A stretch of 64,000 nt of DNA from Halorarum halobium (GTDB lineage: Archaea > Halobacteriota > Halobacteria > Halobacteriales > Haloferacaceae). The notes below the pieces were generated by a model that saw only the letters and a list, made by a program, of their open reading frames with translations, was not told the DNA's origin and did no database searches. A program made the position numbers and the translations under genes. Below are positions 30,630 through 40,455 of this stretch, piece by piece (position 1 is the first letter of the stretch; each line of letters opens with the position of its first letter). The stretch is from the NCBI RefSeq assembly GCF_032116555.1, contig NZ_CP134949.1:558001-622000 (forward strand). Direction: 5' to 3'.

Positions 30630-30827
30630 GAACGAACCACGACCTCTTTTCCGGGGGTCCTCCTCGCTCGGCCGTCGAACCCCCGCAAAACCCGTCGATG
30701 CCAAAATGCCGCGAGCCACGGTCGGCGCGGCTTCGCCGCGCTTCCCTCGCTCGCGGTACTGATGCTGGTGACTCCGCAGTCGGTTGGTCGGCAGTTGCGC
30801 GGAAACGGGGTTCGGCCCGATTCAGTT

Positions 30828-32177
30828 CTACGCCGCGTCCTCGATCGCGTCGAGCAGCATGTGTGCGCCGACGTCGATCTCGCGCTCGGTGACGTCCAGC
30901 GGCGGGAGGATGCGCAGGACGGTGGTGCCACAGGCGAGCGTGAGCAGGCCCGAGGTGAGCGCCTGGTGCTGGACGTCGTCCCGGCGCTCGGTCGACTCGA
31001 ACTCGACGCCGAGCATCAGCCCCTTCCCGCGCACGTCGACCACGCCGTCCGGGTCGGCGTCGCGCAGCGTCTCCATGAACTGCTCGCCGCGGGCCGTCGC
31101 GTTGTCGAGCAGGTCGTACTCGTCGATGGCCTCCAGCGTGAAGGTGCCCTGCATCGACGCGACGACGTCGCCCGCGCCCCACGTCGAGGAGAGCCGGGAT
31201 CGCTCGTCCGGGAACAGTTCGTCCCTGCCGATCGTCGCGCCGACGCGGGCGCCCTTCGCGGCCGTGATGACGTCCGGTTCGATCGGGTAGTGGTCCGAGC
31301 CCCACAGCTCGCCCGTCCGGCCGATGCCCGACTGGATCTCGTCGGCGACGAGCGGGATGTCGTACTCGCCACACAGGTCCGCGACCTCGCGCATGAACGC
31401 CGGCGAGGGGAACCGATAGCCGCCCTCGCCCTGGATCGGCTCCATGATGAGGTAGGAGACCTCCTCCGGGTTGATGTGGCCGCGCTTGGGGTGGAGTTTC
31501 TCGCGGAGGACGGAGGTGTCGCCGCCGTCGACGAAGAAGCCGCAGTCGCAGGCGGCGGGGTCCTCGCCCGCGTCGTCACAGAACGGGACGTCGTGAACCC
31601 CCTGGATCTCGGGGAACCGCTTGCGGTAGACGGACTTCGACCGGTTGAGCGAGAGCGCGCCGAGCGTCCGGCCGTGGAACGCGCCGTCGAACGTGATGCC
31701 GTACTTCCCGCCGCCCGAGTCGTCATAGCAGATCTTGATGGCGTTCTCGACGGCCTCCGCGCCGGAGTTCGAGAGGAACACCGTGTCCATCCCGTAGTGG
31801 GACGTGACGTCGGTGAGGCGGTGCATCAGGTCGGCGGGGCCGGGGAGCGTCGAGTCGCCGGGGTCGCTGCCGTCCGAGACGTAGAAGTCCTGCCCGGCGA
31901 TCTTCGTCGGGTCGACGAGGTCGAACTCGGCCATCCGGTCCATGATCTTCGGGTTGTTGTACCCGAGCGGGGCGGCGGCGACGTGGGAGGTGAAATCCAG
32001 CAGGACGTTGCCGTCGACGTCGGTGACGAACGGTCCCTCGGCGTCGGCGGTGATGTCCCAGACGAAATCGTAGACGTACGTGCTCGTCGCGGCCGCGTCA
32101 CGGTGGTACTCGGCCCACTCCCGTGCCCGCTTTCCGGGCACGGTCGTGACGCTGGGTTCGACGGTGTCGCGGTCCAT
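30828..32177 (-). CDS. Class III PLP aminotransferase (4-aminobutyrate aminotransferase-like)
   Basis: DVDGN..LDF, NSGAEAVENAIK, FHGRT, EPIQGEGG, DEIQSGIGRTG. Confidence 0.92.
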   Translation of the reverse strand: MDRDTVEPSVTTVPGKRAREWAEYHRDAAATSTYVYDFVWDITADAEGPFVTDVDGNVLLDFTSHVAAAPLGYNNPKIMDRMAEFDLVDPTKIAGQDFYVSDGSDPGDSTLPGPADLMHRLTDVTSHYGMDTVFLSNSGAEAVENAIKICYDDSGGGKYGITFDGAFHGRTLGALSLNRSKSVYRKRFPEIQGVHDVPFCDDAGEDPAACDCGFFVDGGDTSVLREKLHPKRGHINPEEVSYLIMEPIQGEGGYRFPSPAFMREVADLCGEYDIPLVADEIQSGIGRTGELWGSDHYPIEPDVITAAKGARVGATIGRDELFPDERSRLSSTWGAGDVVASMQGTFTLEAIDEYDLLDNATARGEQFMETLRDADPDGVVDVRGKGLMLGVEFESTERRDDVQHQALTSGLLTLACGTTVLRILPPLDVTEREIDVGAHMLLDAIEDAA

Positions 32178-32297
32178 GTCGGCGGGACGGCAGGCCCGGA
32201 AATAAACTCGTTGTAATCGTTTCCCTCCCGACAGTGATTGCCGGGCGGGCGCGCCGTCGTCGTCCGTTTCGTCGGGGCTCGCGCCCACCCCGCGCGG

Positions 32298-33584
32298 TCA
32301 GACGATCGCCAGCACGACGGTCGCGCCGCCCGCGACGACGAGCAGCGTCGCGCTCCATCCCGCGACCCGCCGCCCGAACCCTGGCGGGCCGGCCAGCGCC
32401 AGCCCCGCCTTGACGGCCACGCTCGCGGCGGTTGCGAGCAGGATGGCGACGACGGCCGCCTCCTCGCCGATGCTGCCCGCACGGTAGAGGAGCACGGCCG
32501 AGGTCGTCGCGCCCGCCGAGGAGACGAGTCCCGAGACGAACGCGGTGATGTAGAGCCCGGCGGTGCCCAGTTGTGCCTGTGCCACGCTGCTCCCGGCGAG
32601 GATGAACAGGAACACCGAGCCGAACGCGAGCGCGTTCTTCAGCGAGAACGGCGACTCCAGGTCCACGTCGACGTGCTCGGTCCAGTCTGCGGTCAGCCCG
32701 GCGACGGCGAAACTACCCAGCACGAGCAGCCCGAGCGGGACGAACACCCCGGTCAACATCGGCCCGTCGTGGCCGACCGTGAACGCCACGGCGATGGCGA
32801 GGTTCCGCACGGCCATCGCGGCGTTGGCGAGCAGCACCGCGGCGACGGCGTAGGACGCCCCGGTCGACTGGTCCCGGACGTAATCGAGCATCGTGCCGAC
32901 GACGGCCGTCGAGGAGGCGAGCCCGCCCAGGAACCCCGTGACCGCGATGCCGCGGCCGCCGTACGTCCGGACGAGCGCGTAGTTCACGATGCCGATGCCG
33001 GCGACGGTCACCACCATCAGCCAGGCGACGCGCGGTTCGAACGTGATCCCGAGGACCGTCTGGCTGCCGGCCGGAAGCAGCGGGTAGACGACGAACGCGA
33101 GGATGGCGAACTCGATCATCGAACGGAGCTCCTCGCGGGAGAGGTCGCCGGCGAACGAGTGGAGTTCCCGCTTCAACACGAGCAGCGCCGAGGAGACGAA
33201 CGCCACGGTCACGCCCTCGAGCACGTAGCCCGCGGCGACGAGCGCGCCGACGCCGTACGCGGCCATCAGCGACACGGAGGTCGTGAGCGAGAGCGACTCG
33301 TCCTCGCGGTCCCTGCGCAGACCCCGCACCGCCAGCAACACCCCCTGGACGATGACGAGCACGCCCCCGACGGCGAGCAACGCCTCGCCGAAGCGGGTCT
33401 GCAGGGCGAACAGCGTGAACACCGCGGCGACGAGGCTCGTCAGCGAGAACGTCCGGATGCCGGCGGTCTTCTGTGACCACTCGCGTTCCAGTCCGAGGAA
33501 CAGCCCGAGGACGGCCGCGAGCACCAGCCGGACGACGGGCTGTGAGAGCGAGCCGGCGAGGGCGTCAGCCTGCAGGGGGACCAT
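32298..33584 (-). CDS. MgtC/SapB plus DUF4010 membrane protein
   Basis: GLEREW...AGIRTF, GGLASSTA. Confidence 0.88.
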   Translation of the reverse strand: MVPLQADALAGSLSQPVVRLVLAAVLGLFLGLEREWSQKTAGIRTFSLTSLVAAVFTLFALQTRFGEALLAVGGVLVIVQGVLLAVRGLRRDREDESLSLTTSVSLMAAYGVGALVAAGYVLEGVTVAFVSSALLVLKRELHSFAGDLSREELRSMIEFAILAFVVYPLLPAGSQTVLGITFEPRVAWLMVVTVAGIGIVNYALVRTYGGRGIAVTGFLGGLASSTAVVGTMLDYVRDQSTGASYAVAAVLLANAAMAVRNLAIAVAFTVGHDGPMLTGVFVPLGLLVLGSFAVAGLTADWTEHVDVDLESPFSLKNALAFGSVFLFILAGSSVAQAQLGTAGLYITAFVSGLVSSAGATTSAVLLYRAGSIGEEAAVVAILLATAASVAVKAGLALAGPPGFGRRVAGWSATLLVVAGGATVVLAIV

Positions 33585-33717
33585 GATGGCTATGTAGTAC
33601 TCAATAGCACTCCTTAAATCTCTCCCCGGACGGCGGTTCGTTCGGCTCGGGCTTGCGGCCGGTTCGTTCCGATCACGTCCACGACACGCTTTTGTCGGTT
33701 CCGCGACGGAAGGGGGT

Positions 33718-34932
33718 ATGGGAATCTCGGCGATCGACCGCGGCCGCGCGACCTGGTGGGGCGTCGGTGCCGTCCTGGCCGCCGCGGTGCTGTTCGTCGT
33801 CTACTCGTTCGTCGGGACGTTCGTCTTCGGGGTGTTCATCTACTACTCGACCCGGCCGGTCTACAGGCGGATCCGCCGACGGATCCCCCAGCCGAGCATC
33901 GCCGCCGGGGTCGCCATCTTCGCGCTCGCGCTCCCGGCGATGGTGCTCGTCGCCTACGCGCTGCTCATCGTCGCAGACCAGGTGTCGACGCTGGCGGGCA
34001 ACGGGGTGTTCGACCCCACGGACCTCCCGGGCGTCGATCGGGAGCTACTCGAGTCCGTCTCCGACCCGGAGGTGCTGCTGGCGATGGACTGGCAGCAGTA
34101 CATGACGGCCGACACGCTCCAGAGCGTGCTGGACTCGCTGTCGGGGGCGATCGACACGATCGCGCTGCTGGGCACGGCCCTGATTCACCTGTTCGTGATG
34201 CTCGCGCTCGCGTTCTACCTGCTCAGGGACGGAAGTCGGCTGTGGCGGTACGTCGTCCGGTACGCGGACCAGGGCGGCGTCGCCGAGGCGTACGGGCGAG
34301 CGATCGACAGGGACTACAACAGCATCTTCTTCGGCAACATCCTGAACGCCGTCCTCACGGGAACCATCGGCGTCATCGTCTACTCCGTGCTCAACGTGGT
34401 CGCCCCGCAGGGCGCGGCGATCCCGGCCGCGGCGCTGGTCGGCCTGCTCGCGGGCGCTGCGAGCCTCATCCCCATCGTCGGCATGAAGCTCGTCTACTTC
34501 CCGGTCGGCATCTTCATGGCCGGCCGCGCGGTAGCGCTGGGTGCGACCGAGACGCTCTGGTTCGTCCTCCTGTTCGCGCTCGCCTCGTTCGTCGTCGTCG
34601 ACACCATCCCCGACCTCGTGCTTCGCCCCTACGTCTCGGGACGGTCGCTGCACGTGGGCGCGGTGATGGTCGCCTACACGCTCGGACCGCTGCTGTTCGG
34701 CTGGTACGGCATCTTCCTGCTGCCGATGCTGCTCGTGCTCGTGGTCCACTTCGTCAGGATCGTCCTCCCGGAGCTGATCTCCGGGACCGAGATCAAGCCG
34801 TACGCGGTCGACCCGTCGTACCTGACGGTCGATGAACCGTTCGTCTACGGGGACGTAGAGAGCGCCGACGGGGGAACCGCGGACGGCCCGTCGGACGCGT
34901 CGGTGGGGTCAGGCGGGCAAGAGGAGGCGTGA
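33718..34932 (+). CDS. AI-2E family transporter
   Basis: FYLLRDG, SLIPIVG, LRPYVSG, FGWYGIFLLP; many TM segments. Confidence 0.88.
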   Translation: MGISAIDRGRATWWGVGAVLAAAVLFVVYSFVGTFVFGVFIYYSTRPVYRRIRRRIPQPSIAAGVAIFALALPAMVLVAYALLIVADQVSTLAGNGVFDPTDLPGVDRELLESVSDPEVLLAMDWQQYMTADTLQSVLDSLSGAIDTIALLGTALIHLFVMLALAFYLLRDGSRLWRYVVRYADQGGVAEAYGRAIDRDYNSIFFGNILNAVLTGTIGVIVYSVLNVVAPQGAAIPAAALVGLLAGAASLIPIVGMKLVYFPVGIFMAGRAVALGATETLWFVLLFALASFVVVDTIPDLVLRPYVSGRSLHVGAVMVAYTLGPLLFGWYGIFLLPMLLVLVVHFVRIVLPELISGTEIKPYAVDPSYLTVDEPFVYGDVESADGGTADGPSDASVGSGGQEEA

Positions 34933-34954
34933 GCCCCGCCTCCCGACCGGGTCC

Positions 34955-35236
34955 TCACTCCTCGAGGTCGACGTACTGGTCCTCCCACTCGCGACGGGCC
35001 TCGATCTCGCGGCGGCCGCGGCGCGTGAGGGTGTAGTAGTTCGTTCGGCGGTCGCGCTCGCCCTTCTCGACGAGCCCCTTGTCGACCAGCGTGTCGAGGT
35101 TCGGGTAGAGTCGGCCGTGGTGAATCTCCTTCTCGTAGTAGTCCTCGAGTTCGTCCTTGATCGCCAGCCCGTGCGGCTCCTCCTGTCCGGCGATGGTGTA
35201 CAGCAGGTCCCGCTGGAACCCGGTCAGGTCGTACAT
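34955..35236 (-). CDS. PadR-family transcriptional regulator (haloarchaeal)
   Basis: LTGFQRDLL...HGRLYPNLDTLV..GLVEK...DRRTN.Y.LT.RG. Confidence 0.92.
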   Translation of the reverse strand: MYDLTGFQRDLLYTIAGQEEPHGLAIKDELEDYYEKEIHHGRLYPNLDTLVDKGLVEKGERDRRTNYYTLTRRGRREIEARREWEDQYVDLEE

Positions 35237-35439
35237 TGGTAAGTTCTGTACGACGGTTATTGTCGGTTCGAAATAAACATATCGGCCTCCCGCCGGAAGC
35301 CGGCCGTCCGTGGCTGATTTCGGAGGGTTCCACCCGCCGAGGACACGTAATCCGACTGTAACGTTCGCCGATCGGACCGTATCCGCCTGCCGACAGGCCG
35401 GCGGGGGGCTTATGCCGGTCCGGAGCGTAAAACCGTCCC

Positions 35440-35715
35440 ATGCCCGAGGAAGTCATCTTCGAGACGGAGCGTCGCCGGAGCAGAGCCGACGTCGCCGCAC
35501 TGTTGCGCGACGTTGCCGACAAACTCGACGGCGGTGGGGACCTCACCCTCTCGGCCGGCGAGGAGTCGCTCACGCTCGACGTTCCCGCGGAGGTGACGTT
35601 CGAGGTGAAAGCCGAGCGGGAGACGGGCGGCGGGGAGGACGAGTTGAGCGTCGAGTTCGAGCTGGAGTGGGACGAGGGCGACCACACCGCTGACGGCGCG
35701 TTCAGCGTCGAATAG
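35440..35715 (+). CDS. Amphi-Trp domain protein
   Basis: SRADVAALLR..AD.L...FEVKAERE...SVEFELEW. Confidence 0.85.
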   Translation: MPEEVIFETERRRSRADVAALLRDVADKLDGGGDLTLSAGEESLTLDVPAEVTFEVKAERETGGGEDELSVEFELEWDEGDHTADGAFSVE

Positions 35716-35741
35716 CGTCGTCAGAGGTAGTCACGTCGTCA

Positions 35742-35895
35742 AAAAGATGGCGCCGCGTGAAATCCGACGCCGCGGTCGTCGACGGCGCCGTGGCTCACGA
35801 ATCTGAGAAACCAGGGGCGGCGGGCCGCAAAAACGCGGCCGGCCGCCCGTGAATTGGTCCCCGCTGACGCTTCGGCCCTCCAGACGAAGCGTCAC
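35742..35895 (-). ncRNA. Candidate structured small RNA (three hairpins)
   Basis: TTTAAG at 35923-35918, about 25 nt upstream; three consecutive stems; ends in a T5 run. Confidence 0.55.
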
Positions 35896-35946
35896 CTACC
35901 GCTATCGGAGTATTCCACTTAAAGCTACCGGGCCATCATGGTCGGT

Positions 35947-36093
35947 CTATATGTACTCTTCCTCAAGCACCCAGCCCAGCGCCCGCTTGTAGTAGGTGAA
36001 CATCCCCCTGATCCGCTCGTGGCGCATCTCGTCGGACTCTAGCTGTTCGGCCAGGAACTCGTACTGCTCGCGGATCTCCTCCTCGTCTCGCAT
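35947..36093 (-). CDS. 48-aa small protein
   Basis: MRDEEEIREQYEFL...YYKRALGWVLEEEYI; TATA-like TTCAAG upstream. Confidence 0.7.
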   Translation of the reverse strand: MRDEEEIREQYEFLAEQLESDEMRHERIRGMFTYYKRALGWVLEEEYI

Positions 36094-36163
36094 GCCTTCG
36101 ACTACGGGCGTGGAGAACTTGAAAGGGGAGCCACTCGGGTCGCCCGGCGTGCCGGACCGGCGC

Positions 36164-36928
36164 TCAGGCGGACGCGTTCGCCGACGTCGCGTTCTGGTTC
36201 GACAGGAACGACTGGTAGTCGTCCTGCGGGACGACGACGACGCTGAAGTACATCTGGGAGTGGGCGACGCCGCAGTACTCCGCACAGTAGCCCTGGTAGA
36301 CGCCGGTGTCGAGGGTGTGGGTCTTGATGGTGTTCGTCTGGCCGGGGACCGCGTCCTGTTTCAGCCCCATGTCAGGGACGTGGAGCGCGTGGATGACGTC
36401 CTGGGACGTCACCGAGATGTAGACGTCGCGGTCGGCCGGCAGGACGATCACCGGTCCTTCCACCCCGTCGGCCTGTGCGAGTTCGACGTCACCCGCCGTG
36501 AGCGCGCTGACGTTCTCCTCGGGGTAGTTCATCTCCCAGTTCCACTGGTAGGCGTCCGCCTGGACGTGGACGTCGCTCTCGTTGGGCGCGATCTCGTCGC
36601 CGGTGTAGGTGACGTCCTCGTGGGCCAGCACGCCGTAGGAGGCGACGCCGACGAACAGGAGGATGATGGCCGTCGCCACCGTCCAGGTGATCTCGAGTCG
36701 ACGGTTCTCGCGGGTCGGTTTCGCCTCGTCGGCGTCCTTGAAGTTCAGGACGGTGTAGATGAGGATGACCTCGACCAGCAGCGTGATGGGAACCCCGATG
36801 TAGAGGAGCCGATCGTTGAGCTGATTGATGAGCTCGGCTGTGGTGGACGGCTGGGCCGCCGCCGTTCCGACGAACAGCGTGAGGCCGCCCAGCGTCGCAA
36901 GGAGGGTCCCGAGACGCGTGCCCTTCAT
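36164..36928 (-). CDS. coxB: Cytochrome c oxidase subunit II
   Basis: LEITWT, AYQWNW, DVIHAL, CuA motif CAEYCGVAHSQM. Confidence 0.95.
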   Translation of the reverse strand: MKGTRLGTLLATLGGLTLFVGTAAAQPSTTAELINQLNDRLLYIGVPITLLVEVILIYTVLNFKDADEAKPTRENRRLEITWTVATAIILLFVGVASYGVLAHEDVTYTGDEIAPNESDVHVQADAYQWNWEMNYPEENVSALTAGDVELAQADGVEGPVIVLPADRDVYISVTSQDVIHALHVPDMGLKQDAVPGQTNTIKTHTLDTGVYQGYCAEYCGVAHSQMYFSVVVVPQDDYQSFLSNQNATSANASA

Positions 36929-37175
36929 GTGTTCCCGGGTTCGGCCAGGCGACGTAAATACCTGCTGTCTTCCGTCGAATCCGACCGCGTCCGTGCGGTT
37001 TCGCCACCCCCGCCGAGCCGCCAGTTCGCGCGTCTCACACCCGTTCGCGGCTCGCTGGCTCCCGCCCGTCCCGGTAGCGCTTCCCGCCGGCTCCCGCTCG
37101 TGTACCCGCTTGTCCGCGACCGCGACGTTCCCCGAAGCGGGGGGTTGATATGCGACGCGTGGATACCCCCCGCTA

Positions 37176-38612
37176 GTGCACACGAAGCGGCTCCCCGCCC
37201 TGCTCGCCGCGACGGCGATGGGGGTGTACCTCCTGCTGGTCGTCGGTGCCACGACGGCCGTCACCGACGCGGCGGCGGCCTGTAGCGCCTGGCCGGCGTG
37301 TGGCGACGGGCTCGCGGCACCGACCTCGCTCGCGGGGTGGGTCGCGCTCGGCCACCGCGCGGTCGCGCTCGCGGTCGGGGTGCTCGTCCTCGCCACCGGC
37401 GTCCTCGCGCTCCGCGAACGTCCGTCCGGCCGCGTCGCCGTCTCGCTCCTCGTTGCCGTCCTGCTCTACCCCCTCCAGTCGACGCTCGGCGCGTCGATCG
37501 CGCTCGGCGGCGGCGGCACGGTCGGCACCCTCGCGGGCGTCACGCTCTCGACCTCCGGGCTCCACCTCGTCGTCGGCCTGTTCATCTTCGGCGGCCTGCT
37601 CGCCGCGCTCGCGTGGCAACTGGAGGCCGAGACGGGCGAGCCGGACGGGGTCGCCGACACCCCATCCGACGGCCCGAAGCCGGCCGCCGAACCGATCGCC
37701 TCGACCGGCCGACCGACCCCGCCGACGTGGCGCGAGGCCCCGGTCCGGCGCGCGCGACTCACCGTCGGGGCGTACTTCCGGCTGATGAAGCCGCGGCTGA
37801 TGTGGCTGCTCTGTCTCGTCGCCTCGGCGGCGATGGCGCTGGCCGGCGGTGCGGACCTCTCGCCCGCCGTCGTCGTCACGACGCTCACGGCGGGCGCGCT
37901 CTCCATCGGCGCGTCGGGGACGTTCAACCACGTGCTCGAACGCGACGTGGACCGGAAGATGCAGCGCACGAGCGACCGACCGCTCGCGGTCGACCTCGTC
38001 TCGGTACGGAACGCGACCGCGTTCGGCCTGCTGCTCACGGTCGTCTCGGTCGGCCTGTTCGCCTCGGTGAACCTCCTCGCGGCGGCGCTCGGGCTGACGG
38101 CGATCCTGTTCTACTCGGTCGTGTACACGCTCGTCCTGAAGCCGAACACGGTCCAGAACACGGTGCTCGGCGGCGCGGCCGGCGCGCTTCCGGCGCTCAT
38201 CGGCTGGGCCGCGGTGACGGGGACGGTCGGGCTGGGCGGCGTCGCCCTGGCGACGTTCATCTTCCTCTGGACGCCCGCGCACTTCTACAACCTCGCGCTC
38301 GCGTACCGCGACGACTACGAGCGCGGCGGCTTCCCGATGATGCCGGTCGTCCGCGGCGAGACGGCGACCCGCCGGCACATCCTCTGGTACTTCGCGGGCA
38401 CGCTCGCGGTCGGCGCGGCCCTCGTGGGGTTCGCCAGCCTCGACTGGCTGTACGCGCTCTCGGGGGTCGCGGTCGGCGCGGTCTTCCTCTGGACCATCGT
38501 CCGCCTCCACTACGAGCGCGACGAGTCGGCCGCGTTCCGCGCGTTCCACGCCTCGAACCTCTATCTCGGCACCGCCCTGCTCGCCATCGTCGTCGACGCG
38601 CTCGCCGTCTGA
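37176..38612 (+). CDS. ctaB: Heme o synthase with N-terminal CtaA-like half-domain
   Basis: LMKPR, D.KMQRT..RP, NTVLGGAAGA.P.LIGW, LWTPAHF, DDYERGGFPM.P; N-terminal AC..WPAC...HR. Confidence 0.93.
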   Translation: MHTKRLPALLAATAMGVYLLLVVGATTAVTDAAAACSAWPACGDGLAAPTSLAGWVALGHRAVALAVGVLVLATGVLALRERPSGRVAVSLLVAVLLYPLQSTLGASIALGGGGTVGTLAGVTLSTSGLHLVVGLFIFGGLLAALAWQLEAETGEPDGVADTPSDGPKPAAEPIASTGRPTPPTWREAPVRRARLTVGAYFRLMKPRLMWLLCLVASAAMALAGGADLSPAVVVTTLTAGALSIGASGTFNHVLERDVDRKMQRTSDRPLAVDLVSVRNATAFGLLLTVVSVGLFASVNLLAAALGLTAILFYSVVYTLVLKPNTVQNTVLGGAAGALPALIGWAAVTGTVGLGGVALATFIFLWTPAHFYNLALAYRDDYERGGFPMMPVVRGETATRRHILWYFAGTLAVGAALVGFASLDWLYALSGVAVGAVFLWTIVRLHYERDESAAFRAFHASNLYLGTALLAIVVDALAV

Positions 38613-38613
38613 G

Positions 38614-39294
38614 ATGGCTGTTCGGCTGGCGGGCCGTCGGGTCGACGTCTCCCGGGCGGACCTCCTGACGGCGACGCTCGTCGTCAACCTCGAACTCGCG
38701 CTGGCGGTCGCCTACTTCGCGGTCACGAACGCGAGGCTCACCTCGCCGCTGTTCACGCTCTACGGGCTGGTCTGGGTGAACGCCGCGCTGCTGGTCCTCG
38801 CGCGGTACTCGCCACCCGGCGGCACGGCCTCGGAGCGACGTCGTGCCGGCGTCGTTGCCGTCGGCTACCTCGCGCTCCTGGCCACGTTCGGGGGCGTCGT
38901 CGGCCCCCCGACGCCCACGACGCCGACCGGCCTCGGCGTCGCGCTCCTCCCGCCCGGCTGGGGGCCGGCACTCACCTACGGCGGGACCGTCGTCGCGGCG
39001 GTGTTGATGCCGGCGAAGGTGCTCGGCTACGCGGCGCTGGCGTACCTGCTGTACGGGACGGTCGTGGAAGCCTCCGGCGCGGGCGTCGCCGGCCTGCTCG
39101 GAATCTTCTCGTGCGTCTCCTGTGCGCTCCCCATCCTCGCCACGGTCGTCGCCTCGACGCTGGGCGGTGGCGGCGCGCTGCTGGCGGCCGCCGCGGGCGT
39201 CGGCTACGGCCCCTCGACGCTGGTGTTTCTGGTGACCGTGGCGCTGCTGTGGTGGCGGCCGGGGTTCGATGCGATCGCTGCGTGGCGGTCCTGA
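38614..39294 (+). CDS. Membrane protein with a CxxC motif
   Basis: Multiple TM segments; LPPGWGP and FSCVSC; starts 1 nt after ctaB. Confidence 0.75.
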   Translation: MAVRLAGRRVDVSRADLLTATLVVNLELALAVAYFAVTNARLTSPLFTLYGLVWVNAALLVLARYSPPGGTASERRRAGVVAVGYLALLATFGGVVGPPTPTTPTGLGVALLPPGWGPALTYGGTVVAAVLMPAKVLGYAALAYLLYGTVVEASGAGVAGLLGIFSCVSCALPILATVVASTLGGGGALLAAAAGVGYGPSTLVFLVTVALLWWRPGFDAIAAWRS

Positions 39295-39442
39295 GCGACT
39301 GGACGCGGTACTGCTGGCTCGGGGATGAATCGACAGCATGGGGCTTTCGAGGCGGTCACAGCAGCAGTGGCTCGGGCGCTTCGATCCGATCCCCCGAATG
39401 TGCCACGAGCTTTAGGGCGTCCCGCGACAACACGAGAACGGA

Positions 39443-39685
39443 ATGACCGAAGTCGAAATCGAGTACTGCGTCCCCTGCGGGATGCTCGGCCGCGCACAGG
39501 ACATCCAGCAGGATATCCTCGAGGAGTTCGGCGAGGAGGTCGACCGCGTCGCGCTCGTCACGGGCGACGCCGGGGTCTTCGAGGTGCGCGCGAACGACGA
39601 GGTCGTCTTCGACAAGGAGGCCGACGAGTTCGATCGGGCCGCCATCGTCGACGGCGTCCGCTCGCACGTCGGCGCGACCGCGTAG
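39443..39685 (+). CDS. Rdx/SelW-like protein
   Basis: VEIEYCVPCG, GVFEV...VFDK. Confidence 0.88.
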   Translation: MTEVEIEYCVPCGMLGRAQDIQQDILEEFGEEVDRVALVTGDAGVFEVRANDEVVFDKEADEFDRAAIVDGVRSHVGATA

Positions 39686-39714
39686 GGACGACCCGCAAAC
39701 GCCCCACCGTCGTC

Positions 39715-40353
39715 TCACTCGCCCCGCTTCTGAGCGGTCAGAAACAGCCAGGCTGCGTCGTCGTCTCCCTCGGCCAGTTCGTCCGCCACCAGTTCCTCCT
39801 CGACCACCTCGAAACCGGCGGCCCGGAGCTGTTCGCGGGTCTCCTCGACGCCAGGAAACGACCACTCCATGCGCGCGCCTCCCCCGAGCCAGTCGTCGTT
39901 CGCGCCCGCCCACCCGTCAGAGTTCGCGGTGAGCAGCAGTTTCGCGTCCGGGCCCGTGATGCGCCCGAACTCCCGAACCACGGCGGGATGCTGCTCGGTC
40001 GGGACGTGGATGAGCGAGTGGAGCGCGGTGAGGGCGTCCGCGCTATCGTTCGCCACGGGGAGCGCGGTCATGTCCGCCTGCAGGAGGTCGGCGTCGGTGG
40101 CCTCGCGGGCGTATCGAAGCTGTTCGATCGAGAAGTCGAGCCCCGCGGCGTCGACGGCGTCGGGGAGGCGATCGAGCACCGGAGACCCCTGTCCGCAGCC
40201 GACGTCGAGCAGTCGGCTCCCGTCGGGCAGCGAGTCGAGGAACGACTCGACGAGTGGGGCCTCCGGGGGGTCGCGCGACTTTCCGTAGTCTCCGGCCAGC
40301 GCGTCGTAGCCCTCGCGGACCGTCCGCCGCTGGGCGTCGTCGTCGTCGGTCAC
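39715..40353 (-). CDS. Class I SAM-dependent methyltransferase
   Basis: LLDVGCGQG, GLDFS..QL, ADMTALP; GTG start at 40353. Confidence 0.88.
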   Translation of the reverse strand: MTDDDDAQRRTVREGYDALAGDYGKSRDPPEAPLVESFLDSLPDGSRLLDVGCGQGSPVLDRLPDAVDAAGLDFSIEQLRYAREATDADLLQADMTALPVANDSADALTALHSLIHVPTEQHPAVVREFGRITGPDAKLLLTANSDGWAGANDDWLGGGARMEWSFPGVEETREQLRAAGFEVVEEELVADELAEGDDDAAWLFLTAQKRGE

Positions 40354-40455
40354 TATCCGTCCCTGGACGAGTGTCGACAAGTGCCTTCGGGTGGTCCGTC
40401 GGTCGATGACACCGGCGGGGAGCCCCGCCACGACGCGACCGCTCGGCGGGGGACG

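Noticed and set aside
30674..30760. A further copy of the palindromic element
   Set aside because: Only a degenerate terminus and one GCTTCGC-type hairpin ending GCGGTACT; possibly a decayed relic but not enough to count as a copy.
39443..39685. Selenoprotein (SelW-like)
   Set aside because: The motif is CVPC encoded by TGC codons, with no in-frame TGA.
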